Under the pieces are notes generated by a model. The model made no database searches and had not been told where the DNA came from. It was given only the letters and a program-made list of their open reading frames with translations. The translations under genes and the position numbers were made by a program. Of a stretch of DNA of 64,000 nt, positions 1 to 9,076 are shown piece after piece (position 1 is the first letter of the stretch; the number at the start of each line of letters is the position of its first letter). This DNA is from Bdellovibrionota bacterium. Its GTDB lineage: Bacteria; Bdellovibrionota_C; UBA2361; OMII01. The stretch is taken from the NCBI GenBank assembly GCA_044360195.1, contig JBIKKT010000002.1, positions 31,247-95,246 of the forward strand. Direction: 5' to 3'.

Positions 1-104
1 GAGGTTTTTTCTTTGACGCATCACGAACGCTCGTTTGGTTTCCGTTTTTTGTTGCAGGATATCAGTGGCGAAGCCTCCTAACGGCTGAGGCTCCGTCGAC
101 TCTG

Positions 105-533
105 ATGCGCGCTGTAGCGTGCGGGGTGCTTGTCGGAGGTGTGGCCGTCGCATTTGAATTCCGTGGTGAGTATCCGCACTGGCTGTACGGCAGTGAAACC
201 TTTACTGCATTGGGTGTGACAACGGTGGTAGGATTATCGATTCGGCTCGGACTCTACATCCTCTCTGCAGCGCTAGTGTGGGCTGTAATATCGCTGCTGC
301 CGCGCTCTGAAACGCCTCTGGGCCAGCGCTCTAAAAACATTCTGTACGTATATTTGTGGCACGGTATCTTTATTCGGTTAGCCGATGATAGCGGTTTTTT
401 TGGGGTTATTGGCACATTCCCTCCAGCGCTTACGTACGCGTTATTCTGTGTTGTTGCGCTCCTAGCTTTCTTTCTGCTGAGCAGCAGTATCGCTACAAGG
501 CTCACAGATAGGGTTTTGTTCCTGAGGCGATGA
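105..533 (+). CDS. hypothetical integral membrane protein (hydrophobic, about 4 predicted TM segments)
   Basis: 142-aa ORF with several long hydrophobic stretches (VLVGGVAVAF, LYILSAALVWAVISLL, ALFCVVALLAFFLL). No recognisable catalytic motif. Confidence 0.3.
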   Translation: MRAVACGVLVGGVAVAFEFRGEYPHWLYGSETFTALGVTTVVGLSIRLGLYILSAALVWAVISLLPRSETPLGQRSKNILYVYLWHGIFIRLADDSGFFGVIGTFPPALTYALFCVVALLAFFLLSSSIATRLTDRVLFLRR

Positions 534-1450
534 AGGGGGTTGAAAATCAGAGCTATCCTTGTCTACTGTTCACCATGTCTTTTAAACAGCTATCAGTTAT
601 CGGCGCCGGCCGAGTCGGGCAAACCCTAGCAGCGCTACTTGCTCGCACTAAGTGCCTTGCCATAAACGAGGTGTGTAACCGTTCTCTAAGCTCAGCACAG
701 CTCGCAGTGGATTTCATAGGTCACGGGCAAGGTGTCGCTAACCTCTCCAGTATGCGTCCCTCGGAGCTGTGGATGATCTCTTGTGTTGATAGCGAGGTTG
801 CAGCCGTCGGTAAGTTGTTGGCTGCTACTGGTGTCGTTCGAGCTGGCGATGTTGTGTTTCATACAAGTGGAGCGCTCCCTTCGACCGTGCTTGCACCATT
901 GCATGCTTGTGGCGCGCATGTAGCAAGCATCCATCCAGTTAAGAGTTTTGCAGACCCTGCGCTTGCTGTAGAGACCTTTGACGGCACCTGGTGTGGGGTA
1001 GAGGGAGATGATAGCGCCTGCGTTGAGCTTACGCGACTATTTGGTTCTATCGGTGCATCTGTATTCCGCCTTACCGCAGAAGCAAAGGAGCTTTGTCATA
1101 TCGGACACGTTTTTGCTAGCAATTACCTGGTTACGATTTTAGACTATGCGCAACAGCTGTATAGCGCTGCTGGCGTCCCGGAGAGTGTGCGGGGGGCTTT
1201 TCTGAAATCTATCGTTGAGGGGACGCTACAGAACGTTGGTGTTCTTGGAGGTGAGCGTGCACTTACTGGTCCGGTTAAGCGAGGTGATACTGTAGTAATT
1301 GAAAGGCATCTTGAGCTTCTTCAGACTCAAGCTCCTGAGCTGTATGGCGCCTACGTTGAGTTAGCCGGGGGAGCGCTGCGTATCGCTGAGCGCGCAGGGC
1401 TTCCCTCAGAGAAAGTTGAAGCTGTCGCAAAACTTCTAGCAGCAAGGTAG
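530..1450 (+). CDS. Rossmann-fold NAD(P)-binding protein (DUF2520-like putative oxidoreductase)
   Basis: N-terminal dinucleotide-binding motif VIGAGRVGQTLA with overall alpha/beta composition. The likely true start is the ATG at 575 (MSFKQLSVIGAGRVG). Stop is 3 nt before rtcB. Confidence 0.45.
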   Translation: MKGVENQSYPCLLFTMSFKQLSVIGAGRVGQTLAALLARTKCLAINEVCNRSLSSAQLAVDFIGHGQGVANLSSMRPSELWMISCVDSEVAAVGKLLAATGVVRAGDVVFHTSGALPSTVLAPLHACGAHVASIHPVKSFADPALAVETFDGTWCGVEGDDSACVELTRLFGSIGASVFRLTAEAKELCHIGHVFASNYLVTILDYAQQLYSAAGVPESVRGAFLKSIVEGTLQNVGVLGGERALTGPVKRGDTVVIERHLELLQTQAPELYGAYVELAGGALRIAERAGLPSEKVEAVAKLLAAR

Positions 1451-1452
1451 CT

Positions 1453-2940
1453 ATGGCTGTGCACATCTTTCCAACCGATAATCCTGCTATCGGCACGATT
1501 GAAGTTCCCGGCAATGTAGGCTCAGCGATAACAGTTATCGGCACCCCTACGATTCGATCTGCCTTCGATCCGAAGTGCCTCGAGCAGGCGATAAACACAC
1601 GCACAGCGCCCGGCGTAGAGTCGATAGTCATCAATCCGGATGCGCACGCGGGATACGGAGCACCTATAGGGTGCGTACTCGCCTCTCGGACGCATGTGTA
1701 TCCTGGCCCCATCGGAGTCGACATTAAATGTTCGATGAGTCTTCTACAACTTGATCTTCCTGCTGAAAAAATTGCAGAGAAGCAAGTTCGGCGTAAGCTT
1801 ATCCAGGCTATCGGTGATCGTATTCCGACTGGGCCGGGGAAAGGGGCTCGTTCTGTGCCGCGCGGCAAGGTGTTTGACGATGCGGTAGCACGAGCTGCTG
1901 TCATTGGCGGTGCTACTCAAGAGGTATGCGAAAAACTCGGTATCCCGATTGCCTGGACCGAGCGGTGTGAAGATGCGTTCCATCCGGGACACGATGGTAC
2001 TCAAGCTGCGCTTGAAGAGCGGTTAAATACGCTGGTCAAGAGCGGCGTCATCAGGAATCTATCTGACAAATTTCATCAGCTTGGATCGTACGGTGGTGGT
2101 AACCACTTTGGCGAGTGCAGCACCGTGTCCATCGAGGACAGCGCAAGGGCAAGAGAGATAGCTCAAGTATTTGGTCTTCGCGATGGACATGTCGCCTTTC
2201 TGTCACACTGTGGCTCGCGTGGTTTCGGTAATGCACTGGCGCGCAATCAGTTTTCTCTGCTTTATGATCTCTTTTCTCAGCGTGGTGTGCCTCTGCCTGG
2301 TGGTGACAAGGAGCTAGTGTACGCGCAGCTCGGCACACCGGAAGCTGATGCTTACCTTGATGACATGGCACTCGGTGCTAATTTTGCAACGGTCAATCAC
2401 TTGGTAATAAATGCGCTGGTGCTTGAAGCCTTTCAGGAGGTTTTCCCGGGTGTGACCGGCGAGCTGGTGTATTTTATCAGTCACAACATCGCGCGTCGGG
2501 AGCCGCTTGATGGTGAGATGGCGTGGGTGCACCGCAAGGGAGCTACACGGGCCTTCCCGGCCGGTCATCCAGGCTTGAAGGGGACGCGCTATGAATCCAC
2601 GGGTCATCCAATTCTCCTTCCAGGAAACCCACGGGATGGGTCAGTGGTGATGGTAGCGGAAGAGGGGGCGCGTGTGAGTTGTTACAGCGTGAACCACGGC
2701 GCCGGTAGGGCGCTTGGACGTCGTGCTGCATTTCGAACCTTGGATCAGAGCGCCGTAGATACAGAACTTGACCGGTTGGACATCTTGAGCAACTGCAGGC
2801 AATACCCGCTCGATGAGGCGCCGGATGCATACAAAAATTTTAAAGAGGTTCTGCGTTCGGTTGAAACTGCGGGGCTCGCCTCGACAGTCGCACACCTCAA
2901 GAGCCGATTTGTCTTGAAGGACGCTGCCGAGGCGGAGTGA
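1453..2940 (+). CDS. rtcB: RtcB family RNA-splicing ligase (3-phosphate/5-hydroxy RNA ligase)
   Basis: 495-aa ORF with RtcB signature blocks NPDAHAGYGAPIGCVLA, GVDIKCSM, SHNIARRE and NHGAGR. RBS-ATG context aaggtagctATG. Confidence 0.8.
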   Translation: MAVHIFPTDNPAIGTIEVPGNVGSAITVIGTPTIRSAFDPKCLEQAINTRTAPGVESIVINPDAHAGYGAPIGCVLASRTHVYPGPIGVDIKCSMSLLQLDLPAEKIAEKQVRRKLIQAIGDRIPTGPGKGARSVPRGKVFDDAVARAAVIGGATQEVCEKLGIPIAWTERCEDAFHPGHDGTQAALEERLNTLVKSGVIRNLSDKFHQLGSYGGGNHFGECSTVSIEDSARAREIAQVFGLRDGHVAFLSHCGSRGFGNALARNQFSLLYDLFSQRGVPLPGGDKELVYAQLGTPEADAYLDDMALGANFATVNHLVINALVLEAFQEVFPGVTGELVYFISHNIARREPLDGEMAWVHRKGATRAFPAGHPGLKGTRYESTGHPILLPGNPRDGSVVMVAEEGARVSCYSVNHGAGRALGRRAAFRTLDQSAVDTELDRLDILSNCRQYPLDEAPDAYKNFKEVLRSVETAGLASTVAHLKSRFVLKDAAEAE

Positions 2941-2945
2941 GAAGG

Positions 2946-3644
2946 TTATCCAACGTGAGGAGGTAACACGTCCCGAATCTCGTTTACTTTCTGCTCCAGG
3001 TCAGCCGGCATCTTAGCGGTCTGAACAGTTTCACGAGTACCGTAGAAAGCACGTTCATCGCTGTCGTCTCGAGTAACACTTACCCCATCAACACTCGCGC
3101 CGAGAAAGAGCCCTTCTGTGCGTGAATAAGCCACCACCTCGGCTTGCGGAGCCTCGAAGGTTTTATCGAATTTTCCAGCAACTGCGCTGAGCTCCCCGCC
3201 CACCTTAAAGCTACCTTTGCGAAGCGCGCTAGCAGCTTTTTCTCCGGTTATGTAGAACACCATGTCAGCAGATTTCACTCCTGCTTGCAGTCCAATGCTC
3301 CCTCCAGTGAGGTTAAGAAACATCGGGTTTTCCCAGGCGCCTGCCGAAGATTTGCAGAAGCCAATACCATCGCCATGGCTGCCGCCTATTCCAGCAGATA
3401 CTGTTACTGTATTGGGAAATATGGCGACGCACCTAGTCTTGTCTAAAACCGATGCAGGTACTTTGTCGGTTTTTCTTTCTGAGATCGCCTTGTAAACCTC
3501 TGTCGATTTGGTCAGAGATTCCTGCGCTTCTTTAAATGCTCGTGACGAACGATCGAGATTTACATCCTCGGCTTGTGTCGTTGCTGCGGATAGACCCATA
3601 GCAAACGCAGACAGTAGCGATACCGTTACAGTGTGACTTTTCAT
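2946..3644 (-). CDS. secreted SYLF (Ysc84/DUF500) lipid-binding domain protein
   Basis: The ORF track gives 2946..3878. A strong SD (GAGAGGAAAG) precedes the ATG at 3644, giving MKSHTVTVSLLSAFAMGLSAATTQA (a signal peptide). A Gly-rich beta core (AIFPNTVTVSAGIGGSHGDGIGFC, LTGGSIGLQAGV, FKVGGELSAVAG) is typical of SYLF domains. Confidence 0.5.
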   Translation of the reverse strand: MKSHTVTVSLLSAFAMGLSAATTQAEDVNLDRSSRAFKEAQESLTKSTEVYKAISERKTDKVPASVLDKTRCVAIFPNTVTVSAGIGGSHGDGIGFCKSSAGAWENPMFLNLTGGSIGLQAGVKSADMVFYITGEKAASALRKGSFKVGGELSAVAGKFDKTFEAPQAEVVAYSRTEGLFLGASVDGVSVTRDDSDERAFYGTRETVQTAKMPADLEQKVNEIRDVLPPHVG

Positions 3645-3774
3645 ATTCTTTCCTCTCAATTTTCTAGAATAGTTTTTTTCTTGAATGGTCAATTGACCTC
3701 GTGGGGCGATTTTTACGCCCCGCTGCCGGCAAGGTTGGCCGAGGAGGTCATGAGGCGCTATGAGGGGTGTTAGG

Positions 3775-4137
3775 TTAAGCGCACAGCGCTCGTATTCGTC
3801 GCAGCAATGAGAGCATAAAACCAGACGAGCACAGGTATGGGAGGAGACTTTTATTGAGGCGGTCTGCTTGTACGGCAACTGTAACTAGGCGCTTGATCTC
3901 TTCGAGCGTGGCGTGCTCAAGCTGCTGTGGATTCTGCAGATAGGGCCGAGCCTCGTCTACATGTGCAAGCCAGTCAAAATCAGGTATCGCCAGGCTAGTC
4001 CTTTCCAGCTCGCATTTTATTTCACTAACCAGGGGGAGGTATTCTCCCGTAGTCACGTAAATATTCTGCGCTTCCTGGCAGTCGCCGGTTTCCAGCGACT
4101 CGATCAGATTAAAGAGTGAAGCGAACGGCTCCGACAT
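3775..4137 (-). CDS. hypothetical acidic protein
   Basis: 120-aa ORF with no recognisable motifs. A GGGGCG-loop-CGCCCC hairpin lies just downstream on its strand (3703..3721). Confidence 0.3.
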   Translation of the reverse strand: MSEPFASLFNLIESLETGDCQEAQNIYVTTGEYLPLVSEIKCELERTSLAIPDFDWLAHVDEARPYLQNPQQLEHATLEEIKRLVTVAVQADRLNKSLLPYLCSSGFMLSLLRRIRALCA

Positions 4138-4191
4138 GAGGTGGTAATTAAAGACGAGTTAGGCCGGAAAACTTACAGGAATATGGGGATA

Positions 4192-4264
4192 AGCTAACTG
4201 TGGGATTCGAACCCACGACCTGCGGTTTACAAAACCGCTGCTCTACCAACTGAGCTAAGTTAGC
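4192..4264 (-). tRNA. tRNA-Thr (anticodon TGT)
   Basis: Folded by hand on the minus strand. Acceptor GCTAACT/AGTTAGC, D-arm GCTC-AGTTGGTA-GAGC, anticodon arm GCGGT-TTTGTAA-ACCGC (U33, TGT, A37), T-arm GTGGG-TTCGAAT-CCCAC. No encoded CCA. Confidence 0.8.
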
Positions 4265-4526
4265 ATATTTCTTTACTACCAACTGCTTGTCCTCCGTAGC
4301 CTTGGCGAAGGAGGAAGCTAAGTTAGTAAACTGTAAACGAAACCCTACAGTAACTCGCACCTTTTTTCAATCGTTCAGCTCTATTGGGGTATGATTCTGC
4401 CCGGTTTACCTGTCCGAGGGGGTCATGCGACAGACAAAAAACTTACAAACTAGCCAACAGTTACAAGCCGCCGTATTTACTTGAAGAACGTAATTTACCA
4501 TAATGCCGCCCCATTGGAAGCTGTGT

Positions 4527-4602
<76 letters not shown>

Positions 4603-4610
4603 TTTTGTTG

Positions 4611-4742
4611 CCTACAACAACTTGGCTGCGCCAAGATTGTTGTGACGGGCAGGAGGTCCTGCACCCGTGTTTGATACCTACAGCAACTTGGCTGAGCCAA
4701 GATTGCTGTGACGGGCAGGGGGTCCTGCACCCGTGTTGCTGC
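4611..4742. repeat. tandem direct repeat, two copies of 66 nt, each with two stem-loops
   Basis: Unit A 4611..4676 and unit B 4677..4742 are about 90 percent identical. Hairpin 1 is ACAACAACTTGG-loop-CCAAGATTGTTGT and hairpin 2 is CGGGCAGG-AGGT-CCTGCACCCG. The A/B differences in hairpin 1 are base-pair compensatory (A-T to G-C). Confidence 0.6.
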
Positions 4743-4782
4743 GGGGGTAGCAATCGGCTTTCAATAAAGACCACTCTCAAGT

Positions 4783-4868
4783 GGTGAGGTGCCCGAGTGG
4801 CTAAAGGGGGCAGACTGTAAATCTGCTGGCTCCGGCCTACGGTGGTTCGAATCCACTCCTCACCACCA
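4783..4868 (+). tRNA. tRNA-Tyr (anticodon GTA), long variable arm
   Basis: Acceptor GGTGAGG/CCTCACC, D-loop CCGAGTGGCTAAAGG, anticodon arm GCAGA-CTGTAAA-TCTGC, long extra arm GGCTCCGGCCTACGG, T-loop TTCGAAT. Encoded CCA. Confidence 0.85.
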
Positions 4869-5414
4869 TTTTTCTCCTCCTCTGTAATAGCACGACATGT
4901 CGCTAGCCGGTTTTGGCCGACTGTTTTTGGACCGCGGACCTTCCAGGTCCGCTAGATATTTCAGCCAGCACGGAAGTACCGGGCGAAGCTAAACCTTCGC
5001 GGTCCCGGGGGCAGTCGCCAGCATGTTACTAGTAGCACTGCATTTTACGGTTGCGATCTTGCTCTCACCAGATACCGACCTTCCTGGGCCGGCTGGGGTA
5101 TGCTGTCCTCAGTGAAGCTGATCTCAAAAGAATCTGCGAGGCCAATGTTGCGAAAGCCTGCGCGCATAGCCTAGCTTACACTCCAAACTGTGTCCCCATT
5201 CCCACCCCCACGGCTAAGCCTTCGGCTACTGCAACCTCCAAAGCTGGAGGGTAAGGTTAATAACGGAGATACCGCCGCCCGGGGATTTTTACATCATGCC
5301 AGATCTGTAAAGGATCACCTGAGACGGTACATTTGGGGGGTTTATGCCCAACTTCCCCCAACCCACACCCCAGTGTTCCAATTTCCCCCGAATGTGATAG
5401 CATCCCCCGCACTT

Positions 5415-5490
<76 letters not shown>

Positions 5491-5517
5491 TTCTAAACGC
5501 GCCATTCTAGAAGTAGT

Positions 5518-6621
5518 ATGAGTCTTCCCCATGATGATTGCGTAGTTTTGGCACCTACGGCGGGCGATTCCGCCGAAGCCCGGACCCGTTCGCCGCTCTG
5601 GATGGTGAGTCAGGAGCCTCTGCTAAACGACCTCGTAGTCTACCTTGCTGCTGTTCGTGAGCAATTCACACAAGGCCCCAGTAAAGAGCTTCAACTCGTA
5701 TTTTCGCGCAAACACCTCAAAGAGTGCCGCAAAGCGTTTGACCGCATGATACGGAAAGGGGAGGAGAGCCTTCACCGCCTGTGTGAGCTGTTGTGTGCAG
5801 CATTAGTCGGGCGATATCAGCTTCAAAGTGTAGTCATCGGAGATGTTCCAACCAGTGGGGAGCGCTTTACTCTTACACAACTCATCTCGCAACGAGATCT
5901 CTACTCTACTATCGATCTTGACCTCGGTAACCGCCAACTTCAAAAGCTTAGATACTTCGACGGTCAATCGTGGATCGCGCCAGCGCTTGTAGCGAATATG
6001 GTTGAGTACCAACCTGTTGAACCCAATAGCTTCGGTGTTTTTAAGCTTATCAGTCGCATTAAAGCTGAAGAAGAGCTCTGGAATAAGGTAGTCGACGAGA
6101 TATTCGGGCTGGATTCCCTTGTAAAGCGCGATAAGCAGCTTCGGCATTTGAGTCACTACGTAAAGGATATCTTTGGAATAAAGATAGTTGTTGGGTCTCC
6201 TGATGAGGCTGCTGCTCTACATGCTCACCTGACAGAACTAACGTGGTCGGATGAGGCGCTAAAACTGCATCAGGCCGAGGTCACCTCTGAAACGGTTAGC
6301 CTTGATTTCGTTGAAACAAAGAACTACCTGGCTGAGCACGAAAAGAGTAGTGGCTGGGAAGCCATTAAGTCGGTGGTGTTGTGGAACGCCCGTATGTTTG
6401 AGATCCAGATTCAGCCGCTCTCAAACTTCTGGCGCGAGCGAGAGCACCTTACCAGAGAGAGCCACACTGGATTTAAGAGTCGTCGTGAAGAGATCCGTCA
6501 GCAGGTTGCAGAGAGTATTCCGCTCTTTCGCTTCTACCAAAATCTGTTGCGCTGGCTTTTCCAGAATCCTGACGGACCGGCTCCGGTCTTCCCGGGGATC
6601 TCGGTTGCGGTATCCGAGTAG
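5518..6621 (+). CDS. RelA/SpoT-homolog (RSH) nucleotidyltransferase-domain protein (small alarmone synthetase-like, possibly toxSAS-like)
   Basis: 367-aa ORF starting 28 nt after tRNA-Trp. The central region carries the synthetase-fold motifs GVFKLISRIKAEEELWNK (compare RelQ GRVKSxESIxEK), KDIFGIKIVVGSPDE (the Asp beta-strand, compare DIAGLRII) and FEIQIQPLSNFWREREH (compare EIQIRTxxMDFWAxLEH). Extra N- and C-terminal regions of about 120 and 50 aa have unknown function. Confidence 0.5.
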   Translation: MSLPHDDCVVLAPTAGDSAEARTRSPLWMVSQEPLLNDLVVYLAAVREQFTQGPSKELQLVFSRKHLKECRKAFDRMIRKGEESLHRLCELLCAALVGRYQLQSVVIGDVPTSGERFTLTQLISQRDLYSTIDLDLGNRQLQKLRYFDGQSWIAPALVANMVEYQPVEPNSFGVFKLISRIKAEEELWNKVVDEIFGLDSLVKRDKQLRHLSHYVKDIFGIKIVVGSPDEAAALHAHLTELTWSDEALKLHQAEVTSETVSLDFVETKNYLAEHEKSSGWEAIKSVVLWNARMFEIQIQPLSNFWREREHLTRESHTGFKSRREEIRQQVAESIPLFRFYQNLLRWLFQNPDGPAPVFPGISVAVSE

Positions 6622-6671
6622 GTCGTTATAGCTACCCAAGCTATCCTTTGTGTTGCTTAAAGTAGTCAAAG

Positions 6672-6717
6672 TTGCAGGTACTTACGGGATTAAGTATACT
6701 TGAATTAAAAGTTCAAG
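6672..6717 (+). promoter_or_regulatory. candidate sigma70 promoter with adjacent inverted-repeat operator upstream of sufBCD
   Basis: TTGCAG (6672..6677), 17-nt spacer, TATACT (6695..6700). It is immediately followed by the inverted repeat CTTGAA-N7-TTCAAG (6699..6717). Confidence 0.35.
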
Positions 6718-6808
6718 ATTGTTACCCTGACTTATCCGTCGGGTTTACGTTAAATAAAAGCGCGTCGCGAACGGGACTTAGAGTCTGGAAGGCGGTAGTG
6801 TTAGGTAG

Positions 6809-8269
6809 TTGAAAGCAGATTATTCACATATGAGCACAGACATCTTAGACGATTTTACCAACCAAGATTACAAGTACGGGTTCTATACCGATATAGAGGC
6901 TGAGTCGGCCCCGCCTGGGCTTAATGAAGGTACCATCGCCTTTATATCTCAGAAGAAGAACGAGCCGCAGTGGATGCTCGATTGGCGCTTGAAGGCTTTT
7001 AAGACCTGGAAGGAGATGCAGGAGCCTCACTGGGCGTTCATCGGTTACCCGCCGATTGATTACCAAGATATCATTTACTACTCCGCTCCAAAGAAGAAGC
7101 AGGGGCCTGCTAGCTTGGACGAGGTGGATCCTGAGATCTTAAAAACCTACGAAAAGCTCGGTATTCCAATTCATGAGCAGAAAGCCCTCGCTGGTGTTGC
7201 AGTTGATGCGGTCTTTGATTCGGTGTCGGTAGTTACCACGTTCAAGAAACAGCTTGAGGAAGTCGGTGTCATCTTCTGTTCAATGTCTGAGGCGATTCAG
7301 AATCACCCAGAGCTTGTGCAGAAATATCTTGGCTCGGTTGTTCCACATTCTGATAACTTTTTCTCGGCGCTAAATTCAGCGGTCTTCACCGACGGATCGT
7401 TTTGTTACATACCGAAAGGTGTGCGATGTCCGCTTGAGCTCTCGACGTATTTCCGCATAAACGCCGCTAAAACCGGGCAATTCGAGCGTACCCTCATCAT
7501 CGCTGATGAGGGGAGTTATGTGAGCTACATGGAGGGTTGCACAGCGCCGATGCGAGATGAGAACCAGCTCCACGCGGCTGTTGTTGAGCTCGTTGCTTTC
7601 GGTGATGCTCAGATCAAGTACTCAACTATTCAGAATTGGTACCCAGGAGACAAGGAGGGCAAGGGCGGTATTTACAACTTTGTCACGAAGCGTGGTCTCT
7701 GCGCGGGAACCAATTCAAAGATATCGTGGACGCAGGTTGAGACCGGATCTTCTATTACGTGGAAGTATCCGAGCTGTATCTTGAAAGGTGACAACTCCGT
7801 TGGTGAGTTCTACTCAGTTGCTATCACAAATAACAAGCAGCAAGCAGATACTGGAACCAAGATGGTGCACATCGGAAAGAATACTCGTAGCACCATCGTT
7901 TCTAAGGGTATATCCGCTGGACGGAGCAGTAACGCCTATCGCGGCCTCGTGAAGATAATGAAGAGCGCAGATGGCGCGAGAAACTTCTCGCAGTGTGATT
8001 CGATGTTGATGGGGAATGAGTGCGGCGCGCATACCTTCCCTTACATCGAAGTGAAGAATCCAACCGCAAAGGTCGAGCATGAAGCGTCGACGTCGAAGAT
8101 CGGTGAGGATCAGATTTTTTATTGCAATCAGCGCGGCATCTCTACTGAAGATGCCGTGTCGATGATCGTTCACGGATTCTGTAAAGAGGTTCTCGCTGAG
8201 CTTCCAATGGAGTTCGCGGTTGAGGCGCGCAGGTTGCTTGAAATTAGCCTTGAAGGAAGTGTCGGATAA
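6809..8269 (+). CDS. sufB: Fe-S cluster assembly protein SufB
   Basis: Near full-length collinear similarity to SufB ([91 protein letters not shown]). The start is either TTG 6809 or ATG 6830 (MSTDIL). Confidence 0.9.
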   Translation: MKADYSHMSTDILDDFTNQDYKYGFYTDIEAESAPPGLNEGTIAFISQKKNEPQWMLDWRLKAFKTWKEMQEPHWAFIGYPPIDYQDIIYYSAPKKKQGPASLDEVDPEILKTYEKLGIPIHEQKALAGVAVDAVFDSVSVVTTFKKQLEEVGVIFCSMSEAIQNHPELVQKYLGSVVPHSDNFFSALNSAVFTDGSFCYIPKGVRCPLELSTYFRINAAKTGQFERTLIIADEGSYVSYMEGCTAPMRDENQLHAAVVELVAFGDAQIKYSTIQNWYPGDKEGKGGIYNFVTKRGLCAGTNSKISWTQVETGSSITWKYPSCILKGDNSVGEFYSVAITNNKQQADTGTKMVHIGKNTRSTIVSKGISAGRSSNAYRGLVKIMKSADGARNFSQCDSMLMGNECGAHTFPYIEVKNPTAKVEHEASTSKIGEDQIFYCNQRGISTEDAVSMIVHGFCKEVLAELPMEFAVEARRLLEISLEGSVG

Positions 8270-8278
8270 GAGGGATGT

Positions 8279-9043
8279 ATGAGCTTACTTAAGATTAAAG
8301 ACCTCCATGCAAAGATTGAAGGCGATGGTCGTGAGATCCTCAAAGGGATTAACCTAGAGATTAAGCCGGGTGAAGTTCACGCCATCATGGGTGTGAACGG
8401 CTCGGGTAAGAGCACACTCGCTAATATCCTCGCCGGTCGGGAAGGGTATGAGATTACTGCCGGGACGGTTGAATTCGACGGCAAGGATCTCTTAGAGATG
8501 GAGGCCGAGGTTCGAGCCCGTGAAGGGTTGTTCCTCGCGTTTCAATATCCAGTTGAGTTACCAGGAGTGCTTACAACCTATTTCTTGCGCACAGCGCTCA
8601 ATTCTATCCGTGAACACCGCGGTCAACCGGCGCTTGCAGTGCGCGAGTTTGCAGCGCTTGTAAAAGAGAAGGCGCAACTTCTTGAGCTTGGAGAGGAGCT
8701 TCTTAAGCGGTCGGTCAATGAAGGATTCTCCGGAGGAGAGAAGAAGCGTAACGAAGTGTTTCAGATGGCAGTGCTAGAGCCTAAAGTTGCCATTCTCGAT
8801 GAGACGGATTCTGGCCTCGACATCGACGCGCTACAAACCGTTGCAAAGGGAGTTAATCGCCTGCGCTCTTCTTCCAATGGAATGCTCGTGATAACTCACT
8901 ATCAACGCCTTCTGAATTATATCATCCCTGATGTCGTGCACGTTATGATCGATGGGCGCATCGTTCAGTCGGGTGGTAAAGAGCTCGCTCTGACACTTGA
9001 GAGCCAGGGATATTCGGCTTTCAAAGAGTCTCTCTCGGTATAG
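8279..9043 (+). CDS. sufC: Fe-S cluster assembly ATPase SufC
   Basis: Walker A GVNGSGKST, ABC signature FSGGEKKRNE, Walker B ILDETDSGLD. Confidence 0.9.
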   Translation: MSLLKIKDLHAKIEGDGREILKGINLEIKPGEVHAIMGVNGSGKSTLANILAGREGYEITAGTVEFDGKDLLEMEAEVRAREGLFLAFQYPVELPGVLTTYFLRTALNSIREHRGQPALAVREFAALVKEKAQLLELGEELLKRSVNEGFSGGEKKRNEVFQMAVLEPKVAILDETDSGLDIDALQTVAKGVNRLRSSSNGMLVITHYQRLLNYIIPDVVHVMIDGRIVQSGGKELALTLESQGYSAFKESLSV

Positions 9044-9076
9044 TTTCGTCGTATCGGGTGGACAGGAGAGAGAGTA

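Noticed and set aside
4611-4742. Possible CRISPR array
   Set aside because: Only two direct repeats with no intervening unique spacers. The repeats are 66 nt double hairpins rather than 28-37 nt CRISPR repeats, and there are no cas genes in the window.
4869-5005. SRP RNA, tmRNA or RNase P RNA in the tRNA spacer, rpsL leader or rpsT flanks
   Set aside because: I looked for hallmark strings (the SRP domain IV GGAAGGAAGCAGC-type motif, tmRNA GGGG...GGTTTCGAC and TTCGATTCC ends, the RNase P AGGAAAGTCCGGGC motif) and found none. The structured elements are therefore reported as unassigned.
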